From Candidatus Bathyarchaeota archaeon (GTDB lineage Archaea; Thermoproteota; Bathyarchaeia; Bathyarchaeales; Bathycorpusculaceae), in assembly GCA_963833575.1 (NCBI GenBank), contig CAWHXY010000004.1, positions 992,001 to 1,056,000 of the forward strand: 64,000 bases of DNA, written 5' to 3'. Made by a program: the position numbers and the translations under genes. The stretch's first letter is position 1. Each line of letters starts with the position of its first letter. A model generated the notes under the pieces. That model made no database searches, was not told the origin of the DNA, and saw nothing but the letters and a program-made list of their open reading frames with translations. This document shows, piece by piece, positions 37,942 through 48,738 of the stretch.

Positions 37942-38397
37942 TTATTCAGGCTTGCTACCTTTCTTATGCTTGTTTTGACGTATCCCTTCAACAGTGAAAA
38001 CACTCAGTGCCAACCCAGTTATAAGCATCAATAACAGAAAGAAAACTTTAAACTCGTATGTTTCATGCGCAAAATGAATAAGCAAAACAAAAAGTTCAAC
38101 AATTAAAATAACTAGGAAAACAAGGGAGTAACGCCACAACGCTGGAACTAAACGGTGACCAAGCCAGAAGTAGCCTCTTATTTGGGCTTTGTTTTTTGCT
38201 ATGTATTCGCCATAATCGTCTTTTTGTAGATAATCAAGGTCTTCAAGTTTCTGCAAGTGCCTGTAAGCTACGCTGGGACTGCTTAAGTTTAAAGCTTTCA
38301 TAACATCTCTAGGACCGATTGGTTTGCCCTTCTTTACAACGTATAAATATACGTTTAATGTGGTTCCTTCAAGTTCTTCGCTGTTGGCCTTTGTCAT
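37942..38397 (-). CDS. Membrane-anchored winged-HTH regulator
   Basis: IGPRDVMKALNLSSPSVAYRHLQKL followed by two transmembrane helices. Confidence 0.8.
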   Translation of the reverse strand: MTKANSEELEGTTLNVYLYVVKKGKPIGPRDVMKALNLSSPSVAYRHLQKLEDLDYLQKDDYGEYIAKNKAQIRGYFWLGHRLVPALWRYSLVFLVILIVELFVLLIHFAHETYEFKVFFLLLMLITGLALSVFTVEGIRQNKHKKGSKPE

Positions 38398-38528
38398 TTT
38401 TAATGATCACTTATGAATTGACTGTTTGGTAATTTACCCGTATTAGCTTTGCCCAAGCCACCACTTTTTCTAATATTCACAATTGAATTGAACAGGAAAA
38501 TGTCCGCGAATCGATTTATCTTAAAATC

Positions 38529-38567
38529 GGATGTTTCTATATTTTCTATATTAAATATAGAACATCC
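38529..38567. promoter_or_regulatory. Inverted repeat, candidate operator
   Basis: GGATGTTTCTATATTT...AAATATAGAACATCC (15-bp arms, one bulge), between the divergent HTH gene and the RnfD-like gene. Confidence 0.55.
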
Positions 38568-38637
38568 CTTAGTATTTTGAGAAAGTCTTATTAAACCAAC
38601 CAGCGCTAAAAATGAACGGAGAAATAATCAGGAGATA

Positions 38638-40017
38638 ATGAAAGGAATGTCTAAACCAAAAGATTACTCATGGATGACTAAAGATAAACTAATGACTTAC
38701 ACCTTTGTTGCACTCTTAGTTCTTGCGATAATTTCTGCAATTTTATGGTCACAGGTAACTCCATATGATACCGTAACAGGCAAACCATTTATGAATCTAG
38801 GACTCACAGTTGCATTAGACTGTATCATTGCTGTTGCAATTGCTGTAGGTGTTGATGCGTTCCTCTACAAAATTGCCTCTGACAGCCCGTTGAACACCAT
38901 GTCTGCTGCGGTCTTCGGCTTAATCGTTGCTCTTTCATATTCATTGGGTGTTCCTGCAATGGCATCGGTTGAAGAATCGATGTTGCCATTAGCGGCTCCA
39001 CAATGTTTTGTTTATGTTGCATTGATATCTTTGATCGGTCTGGTATTATTCAAGAAACTTCAAGGCTTGGCCGGCAGAAAATTAGTTAACCCAGCTGCAA
39101 TTGCGAAAATTCTGGTTCTATTACCCTTCTTGTATACTGTCTTAATTCCTAAAGACCACACAACCAACACTATTCCAGCGCTAACAACACACATCAATTA
39201 CAGCGGTGCCGGTTCCTTTGGTGCTTGGATGCAATTGTGCTTCAGTAATCCTGGCCCAATAAAGAACGCACATCTACCACCTTATTCTGCGTCAGATGTT
39301 TTCCAGACATTGTTCTTGGACAAATTCCACGGCTGGACTGGCGGCGCTTCATCTCTTGCAGTCATTGTTGTGGGTATAGCCCTGTTTGTTATTGCTCGCA
39401 AATACATTAAATGGAGAATTACTGCTGCTTACTTAGGCATAACAATAGTAATGTCACTGCTAATGACTGCTGCCTACGGTGGGGACGTAGCACTAAGATT
39501 AATGTTTGAACTTTTAATTGGCAGCTCAATATTTCTAGCGTTCTTCATGGCAACCGATCCAGCATCAACACCTCTAACGTACACAGGACAAATAATATTC
39601 GGCGCAGGTTTAGCTATCATCACCGTATTGTTGCAGACTTATGCTAGCTTCTTCGGAGGCTCAATCGTCGCATTAGTAATAATGAACTTGACGTCGCCAG
39701 CACTTGACAAAATCGGCAGAATGAAAGCTACGACAGAATCTAAAGAACCTAAGCTACCTAAAGCCCAAGCATTTGCGCCTGAAAAAGTCAAAACATACCA
39801 ATGCATGAGATGCGGAGCTTGTATGCGTGTCTGCTGCCACGGTCTTAGCCCGATACTGATTAAGCAAGCGTTTGACAAAATGGATTTCGACACGATGAGT
39901 AAGCTCCACGCGGATTACTGCACAGGATGCGGTCATTGTACTTTCGTTTGCCCAGCAAGAATTGACCTCAGAAACTCCGTACTTCGATCAAAAGCAATGC
40001 TTAGACAACAAGAATAA
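38638..40017 (+). CDS. RnfD/NqrB-like membrane domain fused to an RnfC-like 2x[4Fe-4S] domain
   Basis: SAAVFGL, LVNPAA, KYIKWRI, AFFMATDPASTP; C-terminal CMRCGACMRVC and CTGCGHCTFVCPARIDL. Confidence 0.85.
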   Translation: MKGMSKPKDYSWMTKDKLMTYTFVALLVLAIISAILWSQVTPYDTVTGKPFMNLGLTVALDCIIAVAIAVGVDAFLYKIASDSPLNTMSAAVFGLIVALSYSLGVPAMASVEESMLPLAAPQCFVYVALISLIGLVLFKKLQGLAGRKLVNPAAIAKILVLLPFLYTVLIPKDHTTNTIPALTTHINYSGAGSFGAWMQLCFSNPGPIKNAHLPPYSASDVFQTLFLDKFHGWTGGASSLAVIVVGIALFVIARKYIKWRITAAYLGITIVMSLLMTAAYGGDVALRLMFELLIGSSIFLAFFMATDPASTPLTYTGQIIFGAGLAIITVLLQTYASFFGGSIVALVIMNLTSPALDKIGRMKATTESKEPKLPKAQAFAPEKVKTYQCMRCGACMRVCCHGLSPILIKQAFDKMDFDTMSKLHADYCTGCGHCTFVCPARIDLRNSVLRSKAMLRQQE

Positions 40018-40188
40018 AACTTCATTTCCTCAACCTTTTCTTTTATTTTTCTTATTAAAACTCGATAAATGATATTTGACAAATCTTGTTGTTATGTAAA
40101 ATATTTTAATGCCGCAACACTATGAATCAACCTTTCAAGCATTAAGCTTATTAACATGCCGCAATGTAAATAATTCAAGGGATAAAAA

Positions 40189-40851
40189 TTGGAAACACAA
40201 AAATTTAAACTGGCTGACATATTCAACGGTGTAGTTATACCAATCATTCTGGTTCTCTTGATTTTCTTCTTGGCAATCTACGTGAACGTAAGCGGAACAC
40301 ATCATATTCTCGGCGCAAACAATACCATTGCTGTCATTCTAACATCTGGCTTTGCTCAAATGATTATTCTCGGCATCCCACTGGTTTTGGGCTTATTGTG
40401 GAATAAATGGGCAGGCGGAGCAGCAGGCTTTATCATGGGCGGCCTTTACTATGTGGCTAGCGCAGGGCTTTACAACGGATACTATGCAGGTTCGAACCCA
40501 CCATACAACTTTTTTGGCGACATGAGCATGCTAGGATACCTAGTTAACGCTATCGTTATAGGTTACATGGCTGGCGCATTGAACAGCGGATCAACGAATT
40601 TCAAACGAATGCTAGGAGCAGGCATGACTGCAGCGGTGATAACTGCAACAATCCAAGCTTATCTTAACTATACTGTTTCACTTGCCCCGGCGCAGTCGAT
40701 GAATCATGGCCTTTGGGCGAACACATCGTTAGGATTTGCTGGAGTCTATGGATTCGTGTTACAATTCATTCCGAGCATTGCTTTGGGAGTAATAGTTCCT
40801 ATTCTTGCTAAAGTGATGACCTGGTATGGAATTCAGCCGATGAAGCACTAA
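40189..40851 (+). CDS. Membrane protein, possibly an ECF-transporter S-component
   Basis: About six transmembrane helices; PLVLGLLWNKWAGGAAGF resembles S-component helices. Confidence 0.55.
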   Translation: METQKFKLADIFNGVVIPIILVLLIFFLAIYVNVSGTHHILGANNTIAVILTSGFAQMIILGIPLVLGLLWNKWAGGAAGFIMGGLYYVASAGLYNGYYAGSNPPYNFFGDMSMLGYLVNAIVIGYMAGALNSGSTNFKRMLGAGMTAAVITATIQAYLNYTVSLAPAQSMNHGLWANTSLGFAGVYGFVLQFIPSIALGVIVPILAKVMTWYGIQPMKH

Positions 40852-40970
40852 AAAACTCCCTATTTCCTTTTCTTTTTTAATCCTAAGTCTTTCTGAAAAA
40901 GTATTGTTAAGTTTAATTATGATATATAAAGAAATGATTGACGCCATGTGCAAGTTTCAAAATCAAAAAA

Positions 40971-42272
40971 TTAGGATTGGTTGGGCGCGAATTCCCAAGC
41001 GATATTGCCTTTCCAAATCTCACCTAATTTAGTTAATCTTATTTCCTTGTCGTCAGTTTCAATTAATCCTTTGTCTTTTAGTTTTTGCAGTTGCTTTGGA
41101 AAAACTTTTTCTGGTGAAGTGCCAAATTTCTGCATGAACTCTTTTTTACTGACTGGTAACCGTAAGTACAGCCTGGTCATTGTTCGTCTCATCATATCTT
41201 CGTCTGTAGATTCCGAAAGCTTACTTATAGGCAGTTTTCCAGTCTTTACTGTTGCCATGTAATCGTTAATGTTTTCAAGGTTAGAATATGAAAATCGCTG
41301 TAGGTAACCCATGAAGCATCCAGCGCCAGTTGTTAAAATTCCTCCCCATGGCCAGCCGTTAAGGCAGTTTTCTCTCATGTGCCATTCCACTCGGCTATAG
41401 CGATCGTGACCTACTGCCTTGTAGCCAGCAGCAGTTAACATTTTGTAAGCCGTTAAATACATCTGCTTCTCATAGTCCGCATCTCCAGTCGGCGGAGAAA
41501 CTCCTGTCTTAATCATTTTCTCAAGCATCGTGCCAGGATCCACATGCAGCGAATAAGCGTCAATCTCCACGTCAAGTTCAATCGCTTTCTTTAGCGTGCT
41601 AATCCAGCTTTCCATTGTCTGACCAGGGAGATTATACATAAGATCCACACAAACACACAAATTCAGTTTCCTTGCGTGTTTAATGGCTTTTTCAACGTCC
41701 TCGGCGCTGTCTGGTAAACAAAGATTTTTCCTTAGCTTGTCATCAAATGTTTGTGCGCCCATGTCCATTTGATAAACTCCGTATTCTGCTAGTTTATTAA
41801 TTTTTTTAAGAGCTAATGTTTTTGAGGAACCAGTTACTTTGATGAAGTATTCCTTGTTTATGTTGAAGTTTGCCTTGCAGAAGTCTATGAGATCAATCAT
41901 CTGCTCAGCCTCTAGCACGCTAGGGGTTCCGCCACCTAAGACTATTTCGTCAAATGTGCTTGTCTTAACATATTTGGTTTTGGCGTACATTCCAAGCTCT
42001 TTCTTCAGCAATTCAAGATAGGGTTCTATCTTCACCTTGCTTGTGGCAGTAGTGGGGAAATAGCAAAAGGCACATTTTGAATCGCAAACAGAAATCCATG
42101 GTTGAAGCTCCATCAATCTTCCTGACGTATTTTCTGTATTCAGGAATTCCATGAATGCTTCGTAAGTTTGAGGTTTAATGTCTGGGTAATCTCGATAAGT
42201 GTATGGTGGCCAATTTTCGCGTGTATCGTAAGCTTCTGAGTTTCCTTTTTCAAGCTTAGAGCTTTTTTCCAT
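40971..42272 (-). CDS. HemN-like (class C) radical SAM protein
   Basis: PWISVCDSKCAFCYF, LGGGTPS, MGAQTF, DLMYNLPGQT, GAG, RLTKLG. Confidence 0.9.
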   Translation of the reverse strand: MEKSSKLEKGNSEAYDTRENWPPYTYRDYPDIKPQTYEAFMEFLNTENTSGRLMELQPWISVCDSKCAFCYFPTTATSKVKIEPYLELLKKELGMYAKTKYVKTSTFDEIVLGGGTPSVLEAEQMIDLIDFCKANFNINKEYFIKVTGSSKTLALKKINKLAEYGVYQMDMGAQTFDDKLRKNLCLPDSAEDVEKAIKHARKLNLCVCVDLMYNLPGQTMESWISTLKKAIELDVEIDAYSLHVDPGTMLEKMIKTGVSPPTGDADYEKQMYLTAYKMLTAAGYKAVGHDRYSRVEWHMRENCLNGWPWGGILTTGAGCFMGYLQRFSYSNLENINDYMATVKTGKLPISKLSESTDEDMMRRTMTRLYLRLPVSKKEFMQKFGTSPEKVFPKQLQKLKDKGLIETDDKEIRLTKLGEIWKGNIAWEFAPNQS

Positions 42273-42970
42273 CCAGAGTCCCCTTAAATGCCATTTTAAA
42301 ACGGTTTGATACCATAATAAAGATTACTCATTAATTCTAGTTACCTTGTATGATGACCAAATAGCAGAATTCAAACAATATTTAATTTGATCTTATAGAA
42401 AATGAGAAAAATAGTACGAACAAACAGAGAAAAATTACCCCTCAAAAATTTAGAAATAATTTAGAATTATATTGGTAATTCCTGCCATAATTATAAGCGC
42501 GTGTGCATTGTTCTGTCTCCTAAGAATAAAAAAATCGAGAAGACCCAGTAAACCCAGCTGAGAAACAATTTTTTCCAATTTTAGAGTATTCAAGTTATTT
42601 TAATGTCATTCACAAAATTGATTAGCGACTTATTGTAAGGACACAATAGGGAAATGGCGGCAAAGGCTAAGACACACACCTATTCACCACAACGGAGAAG
42701 ACTATTTGCCAGTAGAACGCGGATGCAAGTCCTATAAATTCGAAAGTGCCTTTGAACTATAACTGCATGTTTACGGAGTGTGAAGTAACCTGTTGCAGTT
42801 GATTCTTGAGCTTTCAGCTAGATAAAGGGGCTAATTCATCCAAATTGTAATCTTATTTTACAAAAGAGAAATCAGCCAAACATAGTAAACTCTTTTTTCT
42901 AAGAAGTAGAGATTCAAAGGCTATGTAAAGTATTTGAACCCTAAATAATGCTTACTCGTCAGAGCATCAC

Positions 42971-43777
42971 TTAGGGAACTTGCAAAACACTTGCTTTCTC
43001 CCACATATATTCAAAATAATTTATCGCCAATGTCCTAAGGCTTGCATTGTCAGTCCATAAATCTGCATACTTATGATAGGCGTCAGGCACCACTATATTT
43101 ACCCTTTTTCGGTCATACATTGCCAATTGAACAGGTGGCTTTTCTGGGAGTTCCCTTATTTCAAACAACCGACTTCTTTGAAGTTGCTTTATAGCATTTA
43201 GGATTTCCCTGTCCTTCCGAAGCTTCTCTGTAACAATTCGAAGCTGGACTCCTTGTTTAAATTTTTCCAAGAAAAATCCTTTATTCCTTAATATTCCCCT
43301 TTCATTATCTAAAGTTGGTCCGATTGCCTCTATGCTAATTTGTGCGTTTGCACATTCTTTATCATATTTATTGAAAGCGATTTCTTTTTCGGAAGCATAG
43401 ACAAAATGACTTGTTTCTTCAAGTGTCTTATTTCTTTTAATAGAAGCATAGTTTTCCAGAAATAATTTAGTCTCTTGATCTAGATCTGAAAGCTCAGTCG
43501 CTTTTTTTGCTCGCAGAATTTTTAGGGAGGTTTCGATCGGGGTCGCCTGATATTTGGTTGGTGAGCCAACAATTTTTTCCACGAGCCCTAGGTCCACCAT
43601 AATCGGCATTTCACGATATATCTGCTGACGTGTAATATTGCTGGCTTGTGCGATGGTAGCGCTTGATCCACTCATCATTTTTAAGAGAGTATAGTATATT
43701 TTTGCTTGAACTTTACTTAGACCTAATCTGATTAGTATTTGATCCTCTTTTTCCAAGAAACAAGCGCTATCAGCCAA
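42971..43777 (-). CDS. TrmB-family transcriptional regulator
   Basis: LGLSKVQAKIYYTL, TRQQIYR, LGLVEKIVGSPTKYQA; C-terminal effector-type domain. Confidence 0.9.
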   Translation of the reverse strand: MADSACFLEKEDQILIRLGLSKVQAKIYYTLLKMMSGSSATIAQASNITRQQIYREMPIMVDLGLVEKIVGSPTKYQATPIETSLKILRAKKATELSDLDQETKLFLENYASIKRNKTLEETSHFVYASEKEIAFNKYDKECANAQISIEAIGPTLDNERGILRNKGFFLEKFKQGVQLRIVTEKLRKDREILNAIKQLQRSRLFEIRELPEKPPVQLAMYDRKRVNIVVPDAYHKYADLWTDNASLRTLAINYFEYMWEKASVLQVP

Positions 43778-43922
43778 TGTCCTTCTCCTTGCTTGTTACT
43801 TATGCAACGAACTCTTTCTTATTTTTTTCCATAGAACTCGGAATTGTCATGTTTTTTTGTGTTTACAAGGAATTAAACGGTCAATGCTGCATAAAACGAA
43901 CATCATAAAAGGAGAATAATAA

Positions 43923-46547
43923 ATGAAAATAAATAAAACCTATAAGACATCAATATTTACTCTGACAATCGCAATCCTCACAATCATGCTATGCGCTCCA
44001 ATACTTCTACCAACAGCTAGCTCACATACACCACCAATTAACATACCAACCTATGCTTTTTGCAGCGTTTCACCCAACCCAATAGGTGTCGGTCAATATG
44101 TTAACGTCAACTTCTGGATTAATCAGCCACCACCGACAGCCAGCGCAGCAGCTGGTGACAGATACCACAATATGACAGTCGTTGTCACACACCCTGACGG
44201 AACAAAAGAAACCCTTGGTCCATTTTCATCTGACGCTACAGGGGGATCACACACTACATATACACCAACTGCCATCGGCAACTATTCATTCCAAATGTTA
44301 TTCGGTGGACAAACATTGGCAGGTGAAAACGGCGCAAACCCAACAAATGCATACATTGGTGACTACTTCGAGCCAAGCAGCAGCAACGTTTTCCAACTGA
44401 CCGTACAGCAAGATCCTATATCTTACGCCTCACAAACGCCTCTTCCAACAGAGTACTGGACAAGGCCAATTTACGCTGAAAACAATAACTGGTATTCAAT
44501 AGGCGGTAGCTGGCTTGGTCTAGGGGTTTCTACATTCGCAAGTTCTGGCATGTACGACGCATCTGGCAACTATAATCCATATACCACTGCCCCAAATAGC
44601 GCGCACATTCTCTGGACAAAACCCGTAGCCTTCGGTGGAACGATTGGCGGCTCTTACGGTAATGGTTCTGAACAAAGCAATTACTATTCAACCTCCCAGT
44701 ATGAACCCAAATTTGCACCAATCATAATGAACGGAATACTATACTACACCAACTATCCAGGTTCAGGCACCAACCCCGCTGGGTGGACAGCAGTAAACCT
44801 AAAAACCGGCGAAGTAATTTGGACAAAAAACACTACTGAGATTCTAAGATGCGGTCAAATACTCTATTATGATACACCTAATCAATACGGAGCCCTCGCA
44901 TACCTGTGGAGTATTCCATATAGTCCATTCAGTATAGTCGGTCCTTATGGCACACTTTCGATGTGGGATGCAATGACAGGCAACTACATTCTGCAAGTCA
45001 CAGGCGTACCCGTGACCCCAATTTATACGGCCATGACACAAGATGCCAACGGAAACCTGATCGTTTACTATGTAGACTCGGCAAGTAACACATTGAACAT
45101 GTGGAACTCAACAAGATGCATTAACCTCGGAGGTACACCATTTACTATATTCACAGCGTTCCCTGATGCAAATAGCTGGGCATGGAGACCGGGAAATGAC
45201 GTATCCGTTAACTTTTCCTATGGTATTCAATGGACGAAGCCATTAGCAACCAACATTAGCGGCGTTCCAATCGACGGTTCTCTTTCAATCAAGGCGACAA
45301 GCAGTGATACACTACTCTTAGTAGAAAACGATGGTACTAGCGCATCGGCTAGCGCATCTGGCTATCAAACGGGATATCAAATCGAAGCAGGCTACAGTGC
45401 AATTGACGGTTCACAGCTATGGATAGAAAACAGAACCTATGCACCCTACTCACTACTAAACGCTGACCCTCAACCATGGATAGGAACAGGCAGTGGTGTC
45501 TATACAATGGTTGTACTATCAACACAAACCGTATATGCTTATAGCTTAACAACCGGAAAACAACTTTGGACACACACACTTCCGAATGCAAGTCCCTTTA
45601 GTTCTCTAGGCGTAAACGCTGTTGTAGCAAACGGTACAATCTATCTATATTGTTACGGTGGAGACGTGTATGCATACGACCTACAATCAGGTAACCTAAA
45701 CTGGCAATACCACACACCAAGCGGCGGATATGAATCACCATATGGTTCAGAATCTATCTGGACTTTCACAGTGGGAACAGTTGCTGACGGCAAACTCTTT
45801 GTTCCTGAAGGACACATGTACAGTCCACCATTATTCCACAACGCACAACAACTATGCCTAAACATTACAGATGGCAGCGTAATATGGAGCATTGACGCAT
45901 TTGACACCACTAGTGCACCAGCAATCTCAGACGGAGTTATGACCACACTAAACGCTTATGACAACCAAATCTATGCATACGGCATGGGTCCAACCAAAAC
46001 AACTGTTAATGCACCCAACATTGGCGTGACAACAGACACTCCAATAACAATAACTGGCACTGTAACTGACATCTCTGCAGGCGTCTCACAGGAAGCAGTG
46101 GCAGCAAACTTCCCCAATGGTTTGCCAGCAGTATCTGACACAAGCATGACTCAATTTATGGAATCAGTCTATATGCAGCAAGTAATGCCACACAACATAA
46201 CTGGAGTACCAGTTACACTATCCGTTACAGACTCTAACGGTAACTACAGAGATATCGGAACCACAACCAGCAATGCGTACGGCACCTACAGTCTAACTTG
46301 GACACCAGACATCCCCGGCAACTACACGCTTACCGCAACCTTTGCAGGCTCTCAATCCTACTATTCATCGTCAGCAGCGACAGCATTCTACGCAAGCAGC
46401 CCACCAGCAACACAAGCGCCCACAGCAGCACCAATTGGCAACGTAGCTACGCAAAGCACACTTGAATACATTGGTATTGCAATCATAATCGTGATAGTCA
46501 TAATTGGCGCAGTTCTCGCAATTCTTGTCACAAGGAAACACCCATAA
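43923..46547 (+). CDS. Secreted PQQ-like beta-propeller surface protein with Ig-like domains and a C-terminal TM anchor
   Basis: Signal peptide; repeats such as AYDLQSGNLNW and AYSLTTGKQLW; WTPDIPGNYTLTATFAGS; Pro/Thr linker then a TM helix. Confidence 0.88.
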   Translation: MKINKTYKTSIFTLTIAILTIMLCAPILLPTASSHTPPINIPTYAFCSVSPNPIGVGQYVNVNFWINQPPPTASAAAGDRYHNMTVVVTHPDGTKETLGPFSSDATGGSHTTYTPTAIGNYSFQMLFGGQTLAGENGANPTNAYIGDYFEPSSSNVFQLTVQQDPISYASQTPLPTEYWTRPIYAENNNWYSIGGSWLGLGVSTFASSGMYDASGNYNPYTTAPNSAHILWTKPVAFGGTIGGSYGNGSEQSNYYSTSQYEPKFAPIIMNGILYYTNYPGSGTNPAGWTAVNLKTGEVIWTKNTTEILRCGQILYYDTPNQYGALAYLWSIPYSPFSIVGPYGTLSMWDAMTGNYILQVTGVPVTPIYTAMTQDANGNLIVYYVDSASNTLNMWNSTRCINLGGTPFTIFTAFPDANSWAWRPGNDVSVNFSYGIQWTKPLATNISGVPIDGSLSIKATSSDTLLLVENDGTSASASASGYQTGYQIEAGYSAIDGSQLWIENRTYAPYSLLNADPQPWIGTGSGVYTMVVLSTQTVYAYSLTTGKQLWTHTLPNASPFSSLGVNAVVANGTIYLYCYGGDVYAYDLQSGNLNWQYHTPSGGYESPYGSESIWTFTVGTVADGKLFVPEGHMYSPPLFHNAQQLCLNITDGSVIWSIDAFDTTSAPAISDGVMTTLNAYDNQIYAYGMGPTKTTVNAPNIGVTTDTPITITGTVTDISAGVSQEAVAANFPNGLPAVSDTSMTQFMESVYMQQVMPHNITGVPVTLSVTDSNGNYRDIGTTTSNAYGTYSLTWTPDIPGNYTLTATFAGSQSYYSSSAATAFYASSPPATQAPTAAPIGNVATQSTLEYIGIAIIIVIVIIGAVLAILVTRKHP

Positions 46548-46569
46548 ACCAAAAATGCACATCAAAAAT

Positions 46570-46590
46570 CTTTTCCCTTTTTATTTTTTT
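46570..46590 (+). terminator. Oligo-T archaeal terminator
   Basis: TTTTTCCCTTTTTATTTTTTT about 20 nt after the stop at 46547; similar tracts follow stops at 19796, 28502 and 40017. Confidence 0.55.
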
Positions 46591-47114
46591 GAAGTTAATG
46601 GAGTATAGATAGGGGCTGAGTAGGCTTTGGCTAAAATTCACGATACACGTCATAGTTTCGTGAGGGAAATTTTGCATTTTTCTTTTTCTCCTAAAAGAAA
46701 TTTTCTTCCTATATTCTGTGCCTGAGCCTCAGCAAACCCTACAATATCCTAAGTCAGATCAACATTTTACGCTTAAGTTACGTTAATGAGTACTAACACA
46801 TTAAAGATTACTTTAAAAAGATAGGTAAGTCAAAAAATTGGAGTTTATCACTTTTATGCCTGAACGTTTTTTCAAAGAACAATTATTTTCCAGTAACTGA
46901 CACTTGTGTAGTCTTTTTTGAGGATCTGGTCATAGTTTCATAAATTAACCTGCCTGATCAAAACCCCGTAAAATTTAGGTCTAAAGGAAAAATGCGATCA
47001 CAAAAAGTAAACTAGCAGTTAGTCCTCAAACGGCCAGGTTACCAACCGCTCGTTTATAACTTCAGGATTGATGATCCGATTGCGCTTTTATCATTTCAGA
47101 AGCGTTATGGCCGA

Positions 47115-48518
47115 CTACATCCTTGCCATGACTCGCCAGAGGTTGTAGTTCACTGCTGTTCTCGCCATTATCTTGCTGTACATGTTGCCTTTAACGTATC
47201 CTTTCATGGCTTGGCGCATAATGTACTTTGGACCATAGAATTTATTGTAAAAGGTTTTCCTCATTTCTGCTATTTCTTTCGCGGGCAAAAGCGGATCTTC
47301 AAAGATTGGATTCATCGTATTGTACAGTTTCCAGTCCTCTGACATTTTCCACCCATTACTTTCAACTAAAGCTCGAAGCTCGGTTCCTAAGTAAGGTGTA
47401 GCATGACATAACCATACATCGTCGGGTTCTACTTGACGGACAAACTCAAGGCTTTCACGCAGCGTTTCCTTTGTTTCTCCAGGGTACCCTAAGATGACAG
47501 AGACTGTAACAAAGATGCCTGCTTCTTTCGCCCATTTAATCGCATTTTCGCATTGTTCGGTGGTAACTTTCTTTTTTAGTGAATCGCGGATTCTTTGGCA
47601 ACCAGACTCCACTCCAAAACAGATTTCGTCACATCCAGCTTCAGCCATCTTTGCCAGAACTTCTTTTGTAACTACGTCCGCTCTGCTACTGCAGCCCCAT
47701 GGTAATTTCAATTTTCTCTCAATCATTCCGTCGCAGATTTCCATTGCTCTTTTCTTATCAAACGTTAAAGTGTCATCTTGGAACGCGATCCCTTCAGCAT
47801 CGTACTCATTCTTTAGCCATTCTAGTTCATCTAGAACGTTTTTTGAACTTCTTGCTCTGTATTTTGCTCCGAACATTTGAGATGCCACGCAAAAAGAGCA
47901 CTGAAATGGGCATCCTCTGCTTGAGATTATTGGAAGAAGCTTCATTCCTGTAATTCGATACCGCTTCATTTGTATGAACTTGTACGCTGGAAGGGGTAAT
48001 GCATCTAAGTTTTGGATAAAAGGCCTATCTTGTGACCGTATGACTTGATTGTCTTTTCGAAAGATTATGCCTTTAATGTTGTCGATTTTCTGCATTTCAG
48101 GCGACTGTATAGCCAACTCCAAGAGCGTTTCTTCTCCTTCGCCCCTGACAATAATATCCACATCTTTCTCGTCAGAAATGATTTGTTTGTCTGCGAAGGT
48201 TGCGTGAGGGCCTCCCATTACAACTTTGGCATCAGGGCAAACTTGTTTAGCAACATTTGCAGATTTTAAGGCTGACTCTATTATAGGAGTCATTGCACCG
48301 ATTCCGACTATCGTTGGCTGAAAGGAATCCAGTTCAGCTTTAAGCTTTTCATGGTCCATTTCGCATACTGGGCAATCGAAGATTTTTACTTCGATATTGT
48401 TTTGATCTAGGACAGCCGCCATGTAGGCTAATCCAAGTGGAGGAAAAAGTGGGTGATGTCCAGTTTTTTGTAGAAGTGGTGTATTAACTAGTGCAATCTT
48501 AGATTTGGTTGTAGTCAT
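47115..48518 (-). CDS. Cobalamin-binding (class B) radical SAM protein
   Basis: PPLGLAYM, GGPHAT, RGEGE, SSRGCPFQCSFC, FQDDTL, GVESG. Confidence 0.93.
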   Translation of the reverse strand: MTTTKSKIALVNTPLLQKTGHHPLFPPLGLAYMAAVLDQNNIEVKIFDCPVCEMDHEKLKAELDSFQPTIVGIGAMTPIIESALKSANVAKQVCPDAKVVMGGPHATFADKQIISDEKDVDIIVRGEGEETLLELAIQSPEMQKIDNIKGIIFRKDNQVIRSQDRPFIQNLDALPLPAYKFIQMKRYRITGMKLLPIISSRGCPFQCSFCVASQMFGAKYRARSSKNVLDELEWLKNEYDAEGIAFQDDTLTFDKKRAMEICDGMIERKLKLPWGCSSRADVVTKEVLAKMAEAGCDEICFGVESGCQRIRDSLKKKVTTEQCENAIKWAKEAGIFVTVSVILGYPGETKETLRESLEFVRQVEPDDVWLCHATPYLGTELRALVESNGWKMSEDWKLYNTMNPIFEDPLLPAKEIAEMRKTFYNKFYGPKYIMRQAMKGYVKGNMYSKIMARTAVNYNLWRVMARM

Positions 48519-48738
48519 TAGGCATACACATGTGATTTACTAGTAATTCTGAGGTATTATAGACCTTAGACAATATTGTTTGGGAATTTTAAGTTTATGC
48601 TAAACAAGCATTTTCTCATAAAATTTTGATAACAGGTGAATTTTGCAATTAGAAATCATTAGAAATTAGTTGAATTTTCTCGGACATTGTTCGATCTCTG
48701 ATCCAGAGATACAAATCACAAAGGGTAAGCTTCGAAAA

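Noticed and set aside
40971-42272. Calling this gene hemN, or the SPASM genes pqqE/ahb
   Set aside because: Only family-level motifs are visible and no heme or PQQ pathway genes are adjacent.
42654-42737. 27-codon ORF MAAKAKTHTYSPQRRRLFASRTRMQVL as a RiPP precursor for the SPASM enzymes
   Set aside because: No repeated or Cys-rich core, not adjacent to a SPASM gene, and no RRE/PqqD gene seen. No convincing precursor was found in the window.
42640-42800. AATAGGGAA as the start of a cobalamin riboswitch
   Set aside because: The downstream conserved elements (T-loop stem, GCxACTG, B12 box) are not present.
46608-46742. Imperfect inverted repeat AGGGGCTGAGTAGGCT / AGCCTCAGCAAACCCT as a MITE or ncRNA
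   Set aside because: Pairing needs several gaps, there is no target duplication, and it is single copy.
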